NCBI GenBank assembly: GCA_049509455.1
Contig: JBEKZX010000017.1
Span: forward strand, 1-28,701
Length of the DNA stretch: 28,701 nucleotides
Origin: Conexivisphaerales archaeon
GTDB taxonomy: Archaea > Thermoproteota > Nitrososphaeria > Conexivisphaerales > DTJL01
Reading direction: 5' to 3'
Each line of letters opens with the position of its first letter. Positions within the stretch are counted from its first letter, which is position 1. Of this stretch, positions 6,466-15,656 are shown one piece after another. Both the position numbers and the translations under genes were made by a program. Below the pieces are notes generated by a model. That model was not told the origin of the DNA. It saw only the letters and a program-made list of their open reading frames with translations, and did not search any database.

Positions 6466-8400
6466 GTGGAGCCCGAGGGCGAGCGGTCCTTGGCGGCGGT
6501 GATGTTCGTGGACATGGTGGGCTACACCGCAGTGAGTCAGAGGAGCGAAGCGCTGGCCCTGGAACTGGTGGACAAGCTCGCCCAGATCCTCAGGCCCATC
6601 GTTAACAAGCACTCGGGCAGGGAGATCAAGACCATGGGGGACGCATTCCTGATCGAGTTCCCCAGCGCATTCTCTGCCATCGAATGCGCCGCCTCGATGC
6701 AGAAGGCGATGGACGCCTACAACGGGGAGGCCGACCCTGACAGGGTCGTTCGCATCCGCATAGGCATCCACGTCGGGGATGTGATTCACAGAGGGAATGA
6801 CGTCCTGGGCGACGCAGTAAACATCGCCTCCAGGATTCAGCGGCTGGCGGAGCCGGGAGGCATCTGCGTGTCGGGCCAGGTCTACGATCAGGTGAGTGGG
6901 AAGGTCGGCTACGGCTTCATCAAGCTTCCCCCCACTCCTCTGAAGAACGTCAGCTCGCCTGTCTCCTTGTATCGGGTGGACCTGGGGGACGGTCGCGGGC
7001 CCAATCTGCCGACCCACGAGACGCTAGACAAGAAAAGGATCGCCGTCCTCCCGTTCGCAAACTACAGCCTGGACAGCAAGGACGAATACCTGGCCGACGG
7101 CATCACCGAGGAGCTCATCAGCAAGCTCAGCGAGGTGCGGGGGCTCAGGGTCATCGCCAGGACGTCCGTCGCGAGGTACAAGGGGTCCAACAAGAGCGTT
7201 TCCGAGATAGCGGCCGAGCTGAAGGCGGGGAGCATCCTCGAAGGAAGCTTCAGAAAGATTGGAGACAGGATCAGGGTATCGGTCCAGCTCATCGACGCCG
7301 AAACCGAAGAGCACCTTTGGGTCTCAACCTACGACAGGAACGTCGACGACATCTTCGCCGTACAGTCCAGCATCGCCAGCAACGTGGCTGATGCTCTAAA
7401 GGCGAGGCTGCTTACGGGGACTGGGCCCTCCGCCCCGCGCGAGGAGAACCTGGAGGCTTACTCCCTCTGTTTGAAGGCACGCCTCCTGTGGAACAAGAGG
7501 AGCCAGGACGGAGTGAAAGAGGCGCTTAGGCTCTTCCAGGAGGCGGCGAAGCTGGATCCTGAGTACGCTAGGGCCTATTCGGGCCTCGCCGACGCCTACT
7601 ACATCGCGTTCGACTGGGGGTACATGAAGAGGGAGGAAGCCTTGCCGAAGGCGAAGGAGGCCGCCATGAAGGCTCTCCAGCTGGACCCCGCGAACCCTGA
7701 AGCGCACGCTTCACTCGGCCTGATCCTCAGCAACGAGGCCGACCCAGCCCGGGCCGAGGAAGAGTTCCTCACCGCGATAAGGCTCAACCCGAACTACGCC
7801 TCCGCCCACCAGTGGTACACCGCCGTCCTCCTTGAGGAGGGAAGGCTTGACGAAGCGGAGGTCGAGGCGATGAAGGCGTACGACCTGGACCCCTTCTCCC
7901 CCCCGATCGCGTCCCAAGCCTCGAATCTGAAATTGATCCGCCATCGCTTCGGTGAGGCGGCCTCCATTCTTGACAGGTTGATTCAGATCGAACCCGCCTT
8001 CAAGGAGGCGTACCTCTACAGGTGCTTCGTGCACGCCCAGGCCGGAGACCGTGAGAAGGCCTTCGGGGACGTGGACAACTTCCGAAAATTCGGGGGCAGG
8101 GAAGAGCTCCACGACATGGCTGTTGCAGAGCTCTTCGCCTATTTTGGGGATGTTGAAAGGGCCCGCGAAGTGGCCCGGGAGCTCTTTGCGAAGCCCTGCG
8201 CCCAGGCGCTAGAGCCGCAGCATAAGGCCGAGCTCTACGCCGCTCTGGGCGAAGTCGAGGAGTTCTTCAGATGGGTGAAGGTCGCGCTGGACAGAGATTC
8301 CCGCCTGATAGCCTCCCTGCGTTATGACCCCGCCTACGAGGTCGTCAGGAAGGATCCGCGGTTCGCCGGGCTCTTCTACGGGCTTGGGCTGAAGCCGTAG
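6466..8400 (+). CDS. Class III adenylyl cyclase with TolB-like domain and TPR repeats
   Basis: Cyclase homology domain: MFVDMVGY, EIKTMGDAF, RIGIHVGDV, NDVLGDAVNIASRIQ. Then IAVLPFANYS...YLADGITEELI (TolB-like) and TPR helices (LDPEYARAYSGLA, LDPANPEAHASLG, LNPNYASAHQWY). The track starts it at GTG 6451. Confidence 0.92.
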   Translation: MEPEGERSLAAVMFVDMVGYTAVSQRSEALALELVDKLAQILRPIVNKHSGREIKTMGDAFLIEFPSAFSAIECAASMQKAMDAYNGEADPDRVVRIRIGIHVGDVIHRGNDVLGDAVNIASRIQRLAEPGGICVSGQVYDQVSGKVGYGFIKLPPTPLKNVSSPVSLYRVDLGDGRGPNLPTHETLDKKRIAVLPFANYSLDSKDEYLADGITEELISKLSEVRGLRVIARTSVARYKGSNKSVSEIAAELKAGSILEGSFRKIGDRIRVSVQLIDAETEEHLWVSTYDRNVDDIFAVQSSIASNVADALKARLLTGTGPSAPREENLEAYSLCLKARLLWNKRSQDGVKEALRLFQEAAKLDPEYARAYSGLADAYYIAFDWGYMKREEALPKAKEAAMKALQLDPANPEAHASLGLILSNEADPARAEEEFLTAIRLNPNYASAHQWYTAVLLEEGRLDEAEVEAMKAYDLDPFSPPIASQASNLKLIRHRFGEAASILDRLIQIEPAFKEAYLYRCFVHAQAGDREKAFGDVDNFRKFGGREELHDMAVAELFAYFGDVERAREVARELFAKPCAQALEPQHKAELYAALGEVEEFFRWVKVALDRDSRLIASLRYDPAYEVVRKDPRFAGLFYGLGLKP

Positions 8401-8453
8401 GACGAAAAGGGTCCATATCGTCGCCGGTGGCTCCGGCGGTCGTCTCGGTCCTT

Positions 8454-9587
8454 TCATGAGCTGCGAATCGCGAAGGTCACAGCGAAGACCACGGCCAGGC
8501 CCAGGCCCAGGAGCAGCATCACGGTGGCGAAGAGGCCTAGTGCAAGGCCCGCAGGACCCCGGGGATTCATAGCGAGGAGCACGTAGGCCCATGAAATGAT
8601 CCCGGTTAGACAGGAGGCGAAGCCGAGGAGTCCGATGGGGAACCGTGCCCTCCGTCCTCCCTCTTCGCGTTGCACCACCTCTGTCGAGTTGACCTCCGAA
8701 GTTATGGCTGGACCTTCGACAATATCCATCCCCCGGGCGAAGGCCTCCGGCTCGAGCACCGCTTCTTGGGGAGCCTCAGAGAGCGCGGCCCTCTTCTGGG
8801 CCCGCATCAGCTCGAATATCGCAAGGAGCAGGTCAATGGCCAGCACGACGGCCAGTCCCCCGTAGGAGAGGTATCCCAGGGAAGAGTTCGGCTGGACGGC
8901 GCTGAGCGAAACGAAGATGTTCCATGCGGCATGAATGGCGCACGTCACATACACGCTCCGGGTGATCAGGAAGACGGGGGCATACACCAGGCCGAAAAGC
9001 ACGAGGATGGCCACAGAGGACGGGCTCTGGAACTGCTGCGCCCCCAAGTGAAAGGCGCCGAAGAGGAGGGCCGAAACGACGGTGGCGTACACCATCCCCA
9101 GCCCCGCCAGCCTTCGGGCCATGTACCCTCTGAAGAAGACTTCTTCGCAGAAGGGGGCCACGACGACGGCGAACATGATGGTGGGCGCGATACCGGACCC
9201 CCAAAGCAAGGGGATCAGGAAAAGAGGGAGAAGGGTGAGTAAGACGAATACGTACCAAGGAAGGGACGTGGCGCCGTAGAGGCCCAGGTCCGATATGGAA
9301 TCCTCCCCCCTGAGCCTGGCGGAAAGCAGCGGCATCCCCAACAGCAAGCCAAGGTAGACCGCCAGGGCGGCCGAAACGAAATGGAATCGTGGAGAGTTCA
9401 CCAAGACCACGCCGGCCAGGGCCACGCCGAAGGCCAGGGCCAGCTCGAGGGCGTCGGCGAAGGCTGGCTTCGACGTCCCGGGAGGGGGGCGCCTGGTCGC
9501 AATCGACGCCGCCTTCTCAGCTTCCCCCGGCACGGCGGGAGAAGCTGCGATGTCCGACCTTGGAACCGTGTGGAAGCCCTCCGTCAT
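8454..9587 (-). CDS. CPBP (CAAX protease/Abi) family intramembrane glutamic endopeptidase with an extra C-terminal TM hairpin
   Basis: Motifs PFCEEVFFRG, SALLFGAFH and HAAWN. ATG 9587 follows a GAGGAGGGAG SD; upstream ATGs at 9608 and 9644 are alternatives. Confidence 0.88.
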   Translation of the reverse strand: MTEGFHTVPRSDIAASPAVPGEAEKAASIATRRPPPGTSKPAFADALELALAFGVALAGVVLVNSPRFHFVSAALAVYLGLLLGMPLLSARLRGEDSISDLGLYGATSLPWYVFVLLTLLPLFLIPLLWGSGIAPTIMFAVVVAPFCEEVFFRGYMARRLAGLGMVYATVVSALLFGAFHLGAQQFQSPSSVAILVLFGLVYAPVFLITRSVYVTCAIHAAWNIFVSLSAVQPNSSLGYLSYGGLAVVLAIDLLLAIFELMRAQKRAALSEAPQEAVLEPEAFARGMDIVEGPAITSEVNSTEVVQREEGGRRARFPIGLLGFASCLTGIISWAYVLLAMNPRGPAGLALGLFATVMLLLGLGLAVVFAVTFAIRSS

Positions 9588-9782
9588 GTCTCCCTCCTCC
9601 CTCGTCATAAGGTATTCGCGGCCGCCGGGGTCCCTCATCGCCACTATGAACCCCGCTCACCAGGCTGTCAGCCAGTTGCCTGATGTTCTGATGCATGGTG
9701 CTCAGGCGATCGGTGTGGGGGCAAAGGGGGAGGGCGAGCTGGAGAGGATCGGAGAAGAACTCCCTCGTCGAGGCTTTCTGCC

Positions 9783-11039
9783 CTAGTTGACGGTTTCGCC
9801 GGGGCGACCGTTCCAGTCCTTGACGGTCCTATGGGGGAAGACCTTCGTCCCGTTGAAGACGCAGCCTTCGCCGACGTCCACGTCGTCGCCGAGGACGGAG
9901 AGTCCGACGACCCATGTGGGCTTCTCTCTGCTGGACCTTATCCGCGTGTGCCTGCCGACGATGCTCTCTCGAACTTCGGCGCCTTCGCCGACGTCGACCC
10001 TATCCATCAGGGAGGAGTTCTCGATGGTCACACCGTCTCCGACGATGCAGAAGTTGTCGATGCAGGAGCTCCTGATGATCGTGCCGTCGCCGATCTGGCA
10101 GTGGCGGCCTATGAGGACGGGACCCTCCAGCTTGATCTTGCCCTCCTTCACCTTCCTGAGGATGACCCTCCTCCTCTTCTCGGACTCGGGCGAGTTGCCC
10201 TTTATCCAGACATCCTTCATGCCGAGCACGGGCTCGCCAAGGTAGAACGAAGTCCTTGGGCCGATCAGGACCTCCCCCATGGTGCTGAGGTACCCCCGAG
10301 GCGTCCCCACGTCAAACCATTCGCCCTTCAGCATATAGCCGTAGACGGGCTGACCGCTCTCCGTCATGAACGGGATGAAGTCCAGGCCGAAGTCGAGGCG
10401 CTTCCTGCCGCGTATCATCTCTCCGACCCGCGGATCGTCGAAAATCCTGCGCACTTCGGGAGAAAGAAGGTAGATGCCCGTGTTGGCTAGGTTCGACGGG
10501 GCCTCCTCCTTCTTGGGCTTCTCAACGAAACGCCTTATCCTTCCCTCCTTGGTGACGTCGGCCACGCCATAGCCTTCCACGTCCTGCACAGGCGTCAGGA
10601 CCACGGTCAGGGCGGCCTTCCTCTTTTCGTGGAATGACAGGAGGTCGGCGAGGTCGAGGTCGAAGAGGTTGTCTCCCTGCACTACTATGACCGGCGAGTC
10701 CACTTCAAAATACTCCATGTTGATGCGCACTGAGTCCGCGCTCCCGACGTCGTCGACGTTGGGCTGGTACTTGATGTGGACCCGTGGCGAGATGCCGTGT
10801 TCCGCCGAGAACCCCGTGCCGTCCTTGAAGTAGTCCATGAGCGAGACGTAGTTGACGTATCCCTTCACGCCCATGATGAAGTCCTTCACGCCCTGCTGCG
10901 CCAGCTCAGCTACGGCGAACTCCACCATGGGCTTGCAGAAGATTCGCACGACGGCCTTCGAGACCTCGGCCGTGAGGGGTTTGAGCCGCTTGGCCTCCCC
11001 GCCCACGGGTATTATGGCCCTGAGATCAGAAGGGTTCAA
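9783..11039 (-). CDS. Sugar-1-phosphate nucleotidyltransferase (NDP-sugar pyrophosphorylase) with a C-terminal left-handed beta-helix
   Basis: IPVGGEAKRLKPLT (variant of GGxGTRL), QGDN, FVEKP, NTGIY and WFDVGTP, then hexapeptide repeats (IGRHCQIGDG, VDVGEGAEV). Confidence 0.92.
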   Translation of the reverse strand: MNPSDLRAIIPVGGEAKRLKPLTAEVSKAVVRIFCKPMVEFAVAELAQQGVKDFIMGVKGYVNYVSLMDYFKDGTGFSAEHGISPRVHIKYQPNVDDVGSADSVRINMEYFEVDSPVIVVQGDNLFDLDLADLLSFHEKRKAALTVVLTPVQDVEGYGVADVTKEGRIRRFVEKPKKEEAPSNLANTGIYLLSPEVRRIFDDPRVGEMIRGRKRLDFGLDFIPFMTESGQPVYGYMLKGEWFDVGTPRGYLSTMGEVLIGPRTSFYLGEPVLGMKDVWIKGNSPESEKRRRVILRKVKEGKIKLEGPVLIGRHCQIGDGTIIRSSCIDNFCIVGDGVTIENSSLMDRVDVGEGAEVRESIVGRHTRIRSSREKPTWVVGLSVLGDDVDVGEGCVFNGTKVFPHRTVKDWNGRPGETVN

Positions 11040-11056
11040 TTCAACCCGACTAATCC

Positions 11057-11084
11057 ATATATACGCAGGAGGAGGCGTTTATCC
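11057..11084. promoter_or_regulatory. Back-to-back TATA-like boxes for the nucleotidyltransferase (-) and GH57 (+) genes
   Basis: ATATATA at 11057-11063 and TTTATC at 11078-11083 in the 69-nt divergent gap. A GGAGGGAGG SD precedes ATG 11109. Confidence 0.45.
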
Positions 11085-11108
11085 TTGTCTGAGGGAGGGA
11101 GGCACGAA

Positions 11109-12656
11109 ATGAAGAGCGTCCTGCTCATGTTCGAGGTTCACCAGCCGTTCAGGCTCAAGAGGGACTTCCTCTGGGCGAAGAGGGCCTTCAGGAAGCTCGA
11201 GAAGGGAGGGCTCCTGGAGCACTATTTTGACCTTCGAGCGGACAGGGAGATTTTCGAAAGGGCGAGCAGGAAGTGTTACGTTCCGGCCAACGCCGCCCTC
11301 CTCAAATCGATAGAGGCCCAAGAGGACGAGGGGAAGCCGGCCAAGGTATCCTTCAGCTTGTCCGGGACATTCCTAGACCAGTGCGAGCTCTACGGGAAGG
11401 AGGTGCTGGAGGGCTTCAAGCAGCTCGCCGGGACGGGAAGGGTGGAGTTCCTCGGCCAGACCTACTACCATTCATTGAGCTCTCTTTATCAGGACAAGAG
11501 CGAATTCAAAGAAGAGGTGGAGGAGCACAGCAGGGCGGTGAAGGAGCTCCTCGGGGCGTCCACTTCGACTTTTGAGAACACGGAACTCGTGTACAACAAC
11601 TCGATAGCGAAGGCCGTGGCCGGTCTCGGGTTCCGCTCCATCTGCACCGAGGGCGCAGACAGGGTGCTGGGGGAGCGCTCGCCCAACTACCTATACGATG
11701 CGCCGGAAGGCGGAGGCATCAAGGTCCTACTGAGGAATTACAGGCTGACCGACGACGTGGGGTTCAGGTTCTCCGACAGGAGGTGGAGCGAATGGCCGCT
11801 CACCGCCGAGAAGTATGCGTCCTGGCTGTCGACCGCGGAGGGAGAATGTGTGTGCATCTTTCCCGACTACGAGACCTTCGGCGAGCATCACTGGCCCGAG
11901 ACCGGGATACACGACTTCCTGGCGTACCTGCCAGGAGAGATCCTGAAGAGGCCGGACCTGAAGATGGAGCTTCCCTCCGAATTCGTCAGGGGGCATCGGT
12001 CGGCGGGGGTCCTGGACGTGCCGGAGCCGCAGACCCTGTCCTGGGCCGACATAGAGCGCGGCACGGGAAGCTGGATAGGGAACTCCATGCAGTGGGCTTA
12101 TTTCACGTCAGTGAGGGAGATGGAGCCCCTCGTGCGGGAGTCAGGTTCCCGAGAAGTGATCCGGACCTGGCGGCTCCTCGGCGTCAGCGATCATCTTTAC
12201 TATATGTTCACGGGAGGCGGAGGTCCCGGCACGGTCCATTCCTACTTTAGCCCCTACGGGTCGGCGGCGGAAGCTTTCGTCAGCGCCCAGGCGGCCGCCC
12301 TGGATTTCGAATGGAGGGTGAGGGAGCTGGTGGACGCGGCCAACGAGCCCTTTGACTTCCACAGGGAGGAGGGCGAAACCGGATACATCGGCGTCCGCGC
12401 CTGGAGCCTGGTCGGGTTCCGGGACTCCCTGACGAAGGCGCCGGCGGAGAGCCTCCTCTTCCATCAGAAAAGGGGAGACTTCGAAGCTTGGGCCATGGGG
12501 AGCCTGAAGGACGAACCCCTCGCCAAGGAACTGGCGGCGCTCAAGCTGAGGAGGCTACCGAGCGCGACGCTTCGGTCGGAGCTTGTCAGGATAGTGGCGA
12601 AACACCTGAAGGAAAGGAAACTATACCTCAAAGCCCTGGGGCTGGCGATCGAGTGA
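11109..12656 (+). CDS. GH57 alpha-amylase-type glycoside hydrolase with a C-terminal DUF5752-like domain (515 aa)
   Basis: GH57 conserved regions: EVHQP, GQTYYH, FENTEL (Glu nucleophile), PDYETFGEH (Asp acid/base) and SDHLYYM. The likely start is ATG 11109 because the track extension overlaps the opposite-strand gene. Confidence 0.95.
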   Translation: MKSVLLMFEVHQPFRLKRDFLWAKRAFRKLEKGGLLEHYFDLRADREIFERASRKCYVPANAALLKSIEAQEDEGKPAKVSFSLSGTFLDQCELYGKEVLEGFKQLAGTGRVEFLGQTYYHSLSSLYQDKSEFKEEVEEHSRAVKELLGASTSTFENTELVYNNSIAKAVAGLGFRSICTEGADRVLGERSPNYLYDAPEGGGIKVLLRNYRLTDDVGFRFSDRRWSEWPLTAEKYASWLSTAEGECVCIFPDYETFGEHHWPETGIHDFLAYLPGEILKRPDLKMELPSEFVRGHRSAGVLDVPEPQTLSWADIERGTGSWIGNSMQWAYFTSVREMEPLVRESGSREVIRTWRLLGVSDHLYYMFTGGGGPGTVHSYFSPYGSAAEAFVSAQAAALDFEWRVRELVDAANEPFDFHREEGETGYIGVRAWSLVGFRDSLTKAPAESLLFHQKRGDFEAWAMGSLKDEPLAKELAALKLRRLPSATLRSELVRIVAKHLKERKLYLKALGLAIE

Positions 12657-14611
12657 GCAGCGGGACAACTTTCGGACGAGACGTGCTGGGGGACTATGAG
12701 CTCTCCAAGTCCAAAGAGTGGCTGCTGACGAACGGGCTGGGAGGATATGCTTCGTCTACGGTCACGGGGGCCAACTCCCGGGGTTATCATGGCCTGCTGG
12801 TGGCCTCGATCCCGCCCGGCCTCACCCGCGTTCTGCTGCTTTCGAAGGTCGAGGACGAGGCGCGCACCTCAGAGGGCGCGTTCCCCTTGTCGACGAACCA
12901 CTATCCCGGCGCGGTTTATCCGCATGGCTTCATGTATCTCCAGGGGTTCGACCTCCTGCCGTGCCCGACCTGGAGGTATTCGTTCGGGGGCACGATCATC
13001 CGCAAGGCCGTCAGGATGCCCCAGGGAGTCAACGCGGTGGAGGTGTCATACTCCATCGAGGATGGGCCGGGGCCGGTGGAGCTGACGGTCAAGCCCATGG
13101 TCAACCACAGAGGATTCCATGACAGGACCAAAGAGGACAGCGGCCTTTCCTTCACCCAGGTGGTCTCGGGCGCCAGCGTCAGGGTGGATTCGTCCGCTGG
13201 CTCCCCCAGCCTGTTCCTGCGATGCGATAGTGGGAGCTACGAGGAAAAGGGGGAATGGTACAGAAACATGCTCTACGACGAAGAGGAGCTTCGAGGCTAC
13301 CCCTTCAGTGAGGATCATTTCAGCCCCGGCACCTTCCGGGCGCTGCTGGAGGTCGGCAGGGGCATGGCGCTCACCGCCTCCGTCGAGCCGACCGCAGCTT
13401 TCCCTGATGAGCCCCCACAGGCGCCTGGAGTCGGCGGGTACAAGCCGAGGTTCGACGTCCCCATTTCACTGCTTGCGTTGCTCACATTGGCCTCCCGTCA
13501 GTTCGTGGTGACGCCGCCGGGCTCCGAAGATCGCACCGTCGTGGCCGGGTATCACTGGTTCGGTGAGTATGGCCGCGATGCTGCCGTCTCCCTTCCAGGG
13601 CTCCTCCTGGCGACGGGAAGGGAGGGTGACGCGAGGGCCGTGATGAAGAGATTCTTCAAGAGGCAGCGCGGGGGCCTCCTTCCCGTGCTGCTGAACGGCG
13701 AGGAGTGCTCTTGGGCGTCGGTGGACACCTCTCTCTTCTTCGTGAACGCCGTGAAGAAGTACTACGACAGCACGGGCGACGCTTCCTTCTTGAAGGAGGT
13801 CTGGGGCGGGCTGGCATCGACCATGGGGTCCTACATGAAGGGAACGGACTTCGGCATCAGGATGGCCGACGACGGCCTCATAGAGGCCAACACGGAGGAG
13901 CTCCCCCTGACTTGGATGGACGCGACCGTGGGCGGAGCCCCGGCCGTCCGCCGGCTCTCCAAGTGCATCGAAATCAACGCCCTCTGGTACAACGCCCTGA
14001 GGGCCATGGAGGCACTAGCACAGGCGGCGGGTGCCAAGGGAGGATACCTCGAGCTGGCCAAGAGGGTGAAGGAGTCGTTCAACGGCGCGTTCTGGAACGC
14101 AGAGGGAGGATACCTCTACGACTCAGTGGGGGGAGGGAAGAGGGATGGCTCGATAAGGCCCAATCAAATCTTCTCCATCAGCCTGCCCTACCCGGTGCTG
14201 GAGCGGCAGAGGTGGAACAGAGTGCTCTACGTCGTCCAGGAGCACCTGTACACTCCCTTCGGCCTGAGGAGCCTCTCCCGCGCCGACCCTGGCTATAGGG
14301 GGATCTACGCCGGAGGCCCTCCCCAGAGGGATACCGCGTATCACAACGGCACCGTGTGGTCCTGGCTCGCCGGGCCCTACATTTCAGCAGCCTGCAAGGC
14401 CAGAAGCGGCCAGCGCGACCTCCTAATTAGGAGGATGCTGGACGCTTTCCTGGGACACATAAACGACGCTGGGCTGGGAAGCGTGTCGGAGATCTTCGAC
14501 GGCGACGCCCCTCACCACCCCCGCGGCTGCATAGCCCAGGCTTGGAGCGTGGCCGAGCTGCTGAGGTCCTACGAGGAAGACTTAAGGAAGGCTCGGGCCC
14601 CCGTTCAGTAG
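12653..14611 (+). CDS. Amylo-alpha-1,6-glucosidase / archaeal-type glycogen debranching enzyme (GDE_N + GDE_C)
   Basis: EWLLTNGLGGYAS, AGYHWF..YGRD, TWMDA, EINALWYNAL, RPNQI, YHNGTVW and EIFDG...GCIAQAWSVAE. The GTG 12653 start overlaps the GH57 stop (GTGA). Confidence 0.95.
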   Translation: MSSGTTFGRDVLGDYELSKSKEWLLTNGLGGYASSTVTGANSRGYHGLLVASIPPGLTRVLLLSKVEDEARTSEGAFPLSTNHYPGAVYPHGFMYLQGFDLLPCPTWRYSFGGTIIRKAVRMPQGVNAVEVSYSIEDGPGPVELTVKPMVNHRGFHDRTKEDSGLSFTQVVSGASVRVDSSAGSPSLFLRCDSGSYEEKGEWYRNMLYDEEELRGYPFSEDHFSPGTFRALLEVGRGMALTASVEPTAAFPDEPPQAPGVGGYKPRFDVPISLLALLTLASRQFVVTPPGSEDRTVVAGYHWFGEYGRDAAVSLPGLLLATGREGDARAVMKRFFKRQRGGLLPVLLNGEECSWASVDTSLFFVNAVKKYYDSTGDASFLKEVWGGLASTMGSYMKGTDFGIRMADDGLIEANTEELPLTWMDATVGGAPAVRRLSKCIEINALWYNALRAMEALAQAAGAKGGYLELAKRVKESFNGAFWNAEGGYLYDSVGGGKRDGSIRPNQIFSISLPYPVLERQRWNRVLYVVQEHLYTPFGLRSLSRADPGYRGIYAGGPPQRDTAYHNGTVWSWLAGPYISAACKARSGQRDLLIRRMLDAFLGHINDAGLGSVSEIFDGDAPHHPRGCIAQAWSVAELLRSYEEDLRKARAPVQ

Positions 14612-14615
14612 AACT

Positions 14616-15656
14616 TTGAAATCAACCATTAGGTTCGAGAAGGAGGTATCCGAAGTGAGGCTGCTAGACCCCTCGAAAGGTTTCAACGAGAGCGTCCAGA
14701 GCATTGAGCGGCGCAGGGACAGCCTACTGGAAAGGTGGTGCAGGATCAACGTCCAGAGGGCATCTAGGCCCACGGACGTGACCAAGGACTCGTCCCTGGC
14801 GGAGCTGGCGAAGTCGACGGAGAAGGGCTGCCTCTTCTGCCCGGAAAACATCGAAAGGACCACGCCGAAGTTCCCGCCCTTCCTTGTGCCTGAGGGGAGG
14901 ATCAAAGTTGGCGGCTCCACCGTCTTCCCTAACCTCTTCCCGTTCGCCCGGCTGCACGCTGTAGTGACCCTGACGGAGAAGCACTTCGTGCCCCTGGAGG
15001 AGATGGAGGCCGAGATCATCGGAGACGGGCTGCGCGCCTCATTGGAGCTGGCGAAGGTCCTGAACACAAAGGACCCCCAGTCGAAGTACGTCTCGGTCAA
15101 CTGGAACTGCCTCCCCACCGCGGCGGCCTCTCTGATGCATCCGCACTTCCAGGTGGTGGCCGACAGCAGGCCGACGAAATACGTCGCGGAGGCCGTCTCC
15201 GCAAGCGAATCATACCTGAGGAGGAACGGCAGCAGCTACTGGTCGGACCTCATCGAGTCGGAGGAGGGCGGAGAGAGGTTCGTCGCCAGAGAGGGGTGCT
15301 TTGCCTGGGTGGCCAGCTTCGCCCCGATGGGGAACAACGAAGTCGTGGGCATCGCGAACGGGACGTCCCAGCTGCTGGGGCTCCACGAAGGCGAGGTGAA
15401 CGACTTGGCGAAGGGGCTATCGAAGATCCTCAAGGCCTACAGCCGCCTAGGTCTTCAGGGGCTCAACATGGCGGTGTACTCGGAGCCGCTGGCCCAGGAG
15501 ACGAAGAGGTTCTCGCTCCACGCCCGTCTGATATCCAGGCCGAAGTTGAAGCTGCTCTACACCTCCGACGCCGGGTTCATGGAGAGGCTCCACGACGAGG
15601 TCATCGTAGAGACCATGCCCGAGGCCGTGGCGGCCGAGCTAAGGGCCCCCTACTAG
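14616..15656 (+). CDS. GalT-like HIT-superfamily hexose-1-phosphate nucleotidyltransferase
   Basis: RASRP, Zn-binding CLFC, FPNLFPF and catalytic SLMHPHFQ (HxHxQ). Confidence 0.88.
   Translation: MKSTIRFEKEVSEVRLLDPSKGFNESVQSIERRRDSLLERWCRINVQRASRPTDVTKDSSLAELAKSTEKGCLFCPENIERTTPKFPPFLVPEGRIKVGGSTVFPNLFPFARLHAVVTLTEKHFVPLEEMEAEIIGDGLRASLELAKVLNTKDPQSKYVSVNWNCLPTAAASLMHPHFQVVADSRPTKYVAEAVSASESYLRRNGSSYWSDLIESEEGGERFVAREGCFAWVASFAPMGNNEVVGIANGTSQLLGLHEGEVNDLAKGLSKILKAYSRLGLQGLNMAVYSEPLAQETKRFSLHARLISRPKLKLLYTSDAGFMERLHDEVIVETMPEAVAAELRAPY

Noticed and set aside
10776-11108. Track N-terminal extension of GH57; similar extensions at 12488 (GDE), 17026 (GT4) and 28294 (kinase)
   Set aside because: These overlap well-supported neighbouring genes and lack family motifs; better starts with SD or coupling signals exist downstream.
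11109-12656. Calling the GH57 a branching enzyme or an inactive amylase-like protein
   Set aside because: The conserved regions are amylase-type, and both catalytic residues (NTEL Glu, DYE Asp) are present.
14616-15656. Assigning the gene symbol galT
   Set aside because: The fold is clear, but there is no Leloir pathway context in the window, so specificity is unsupported.
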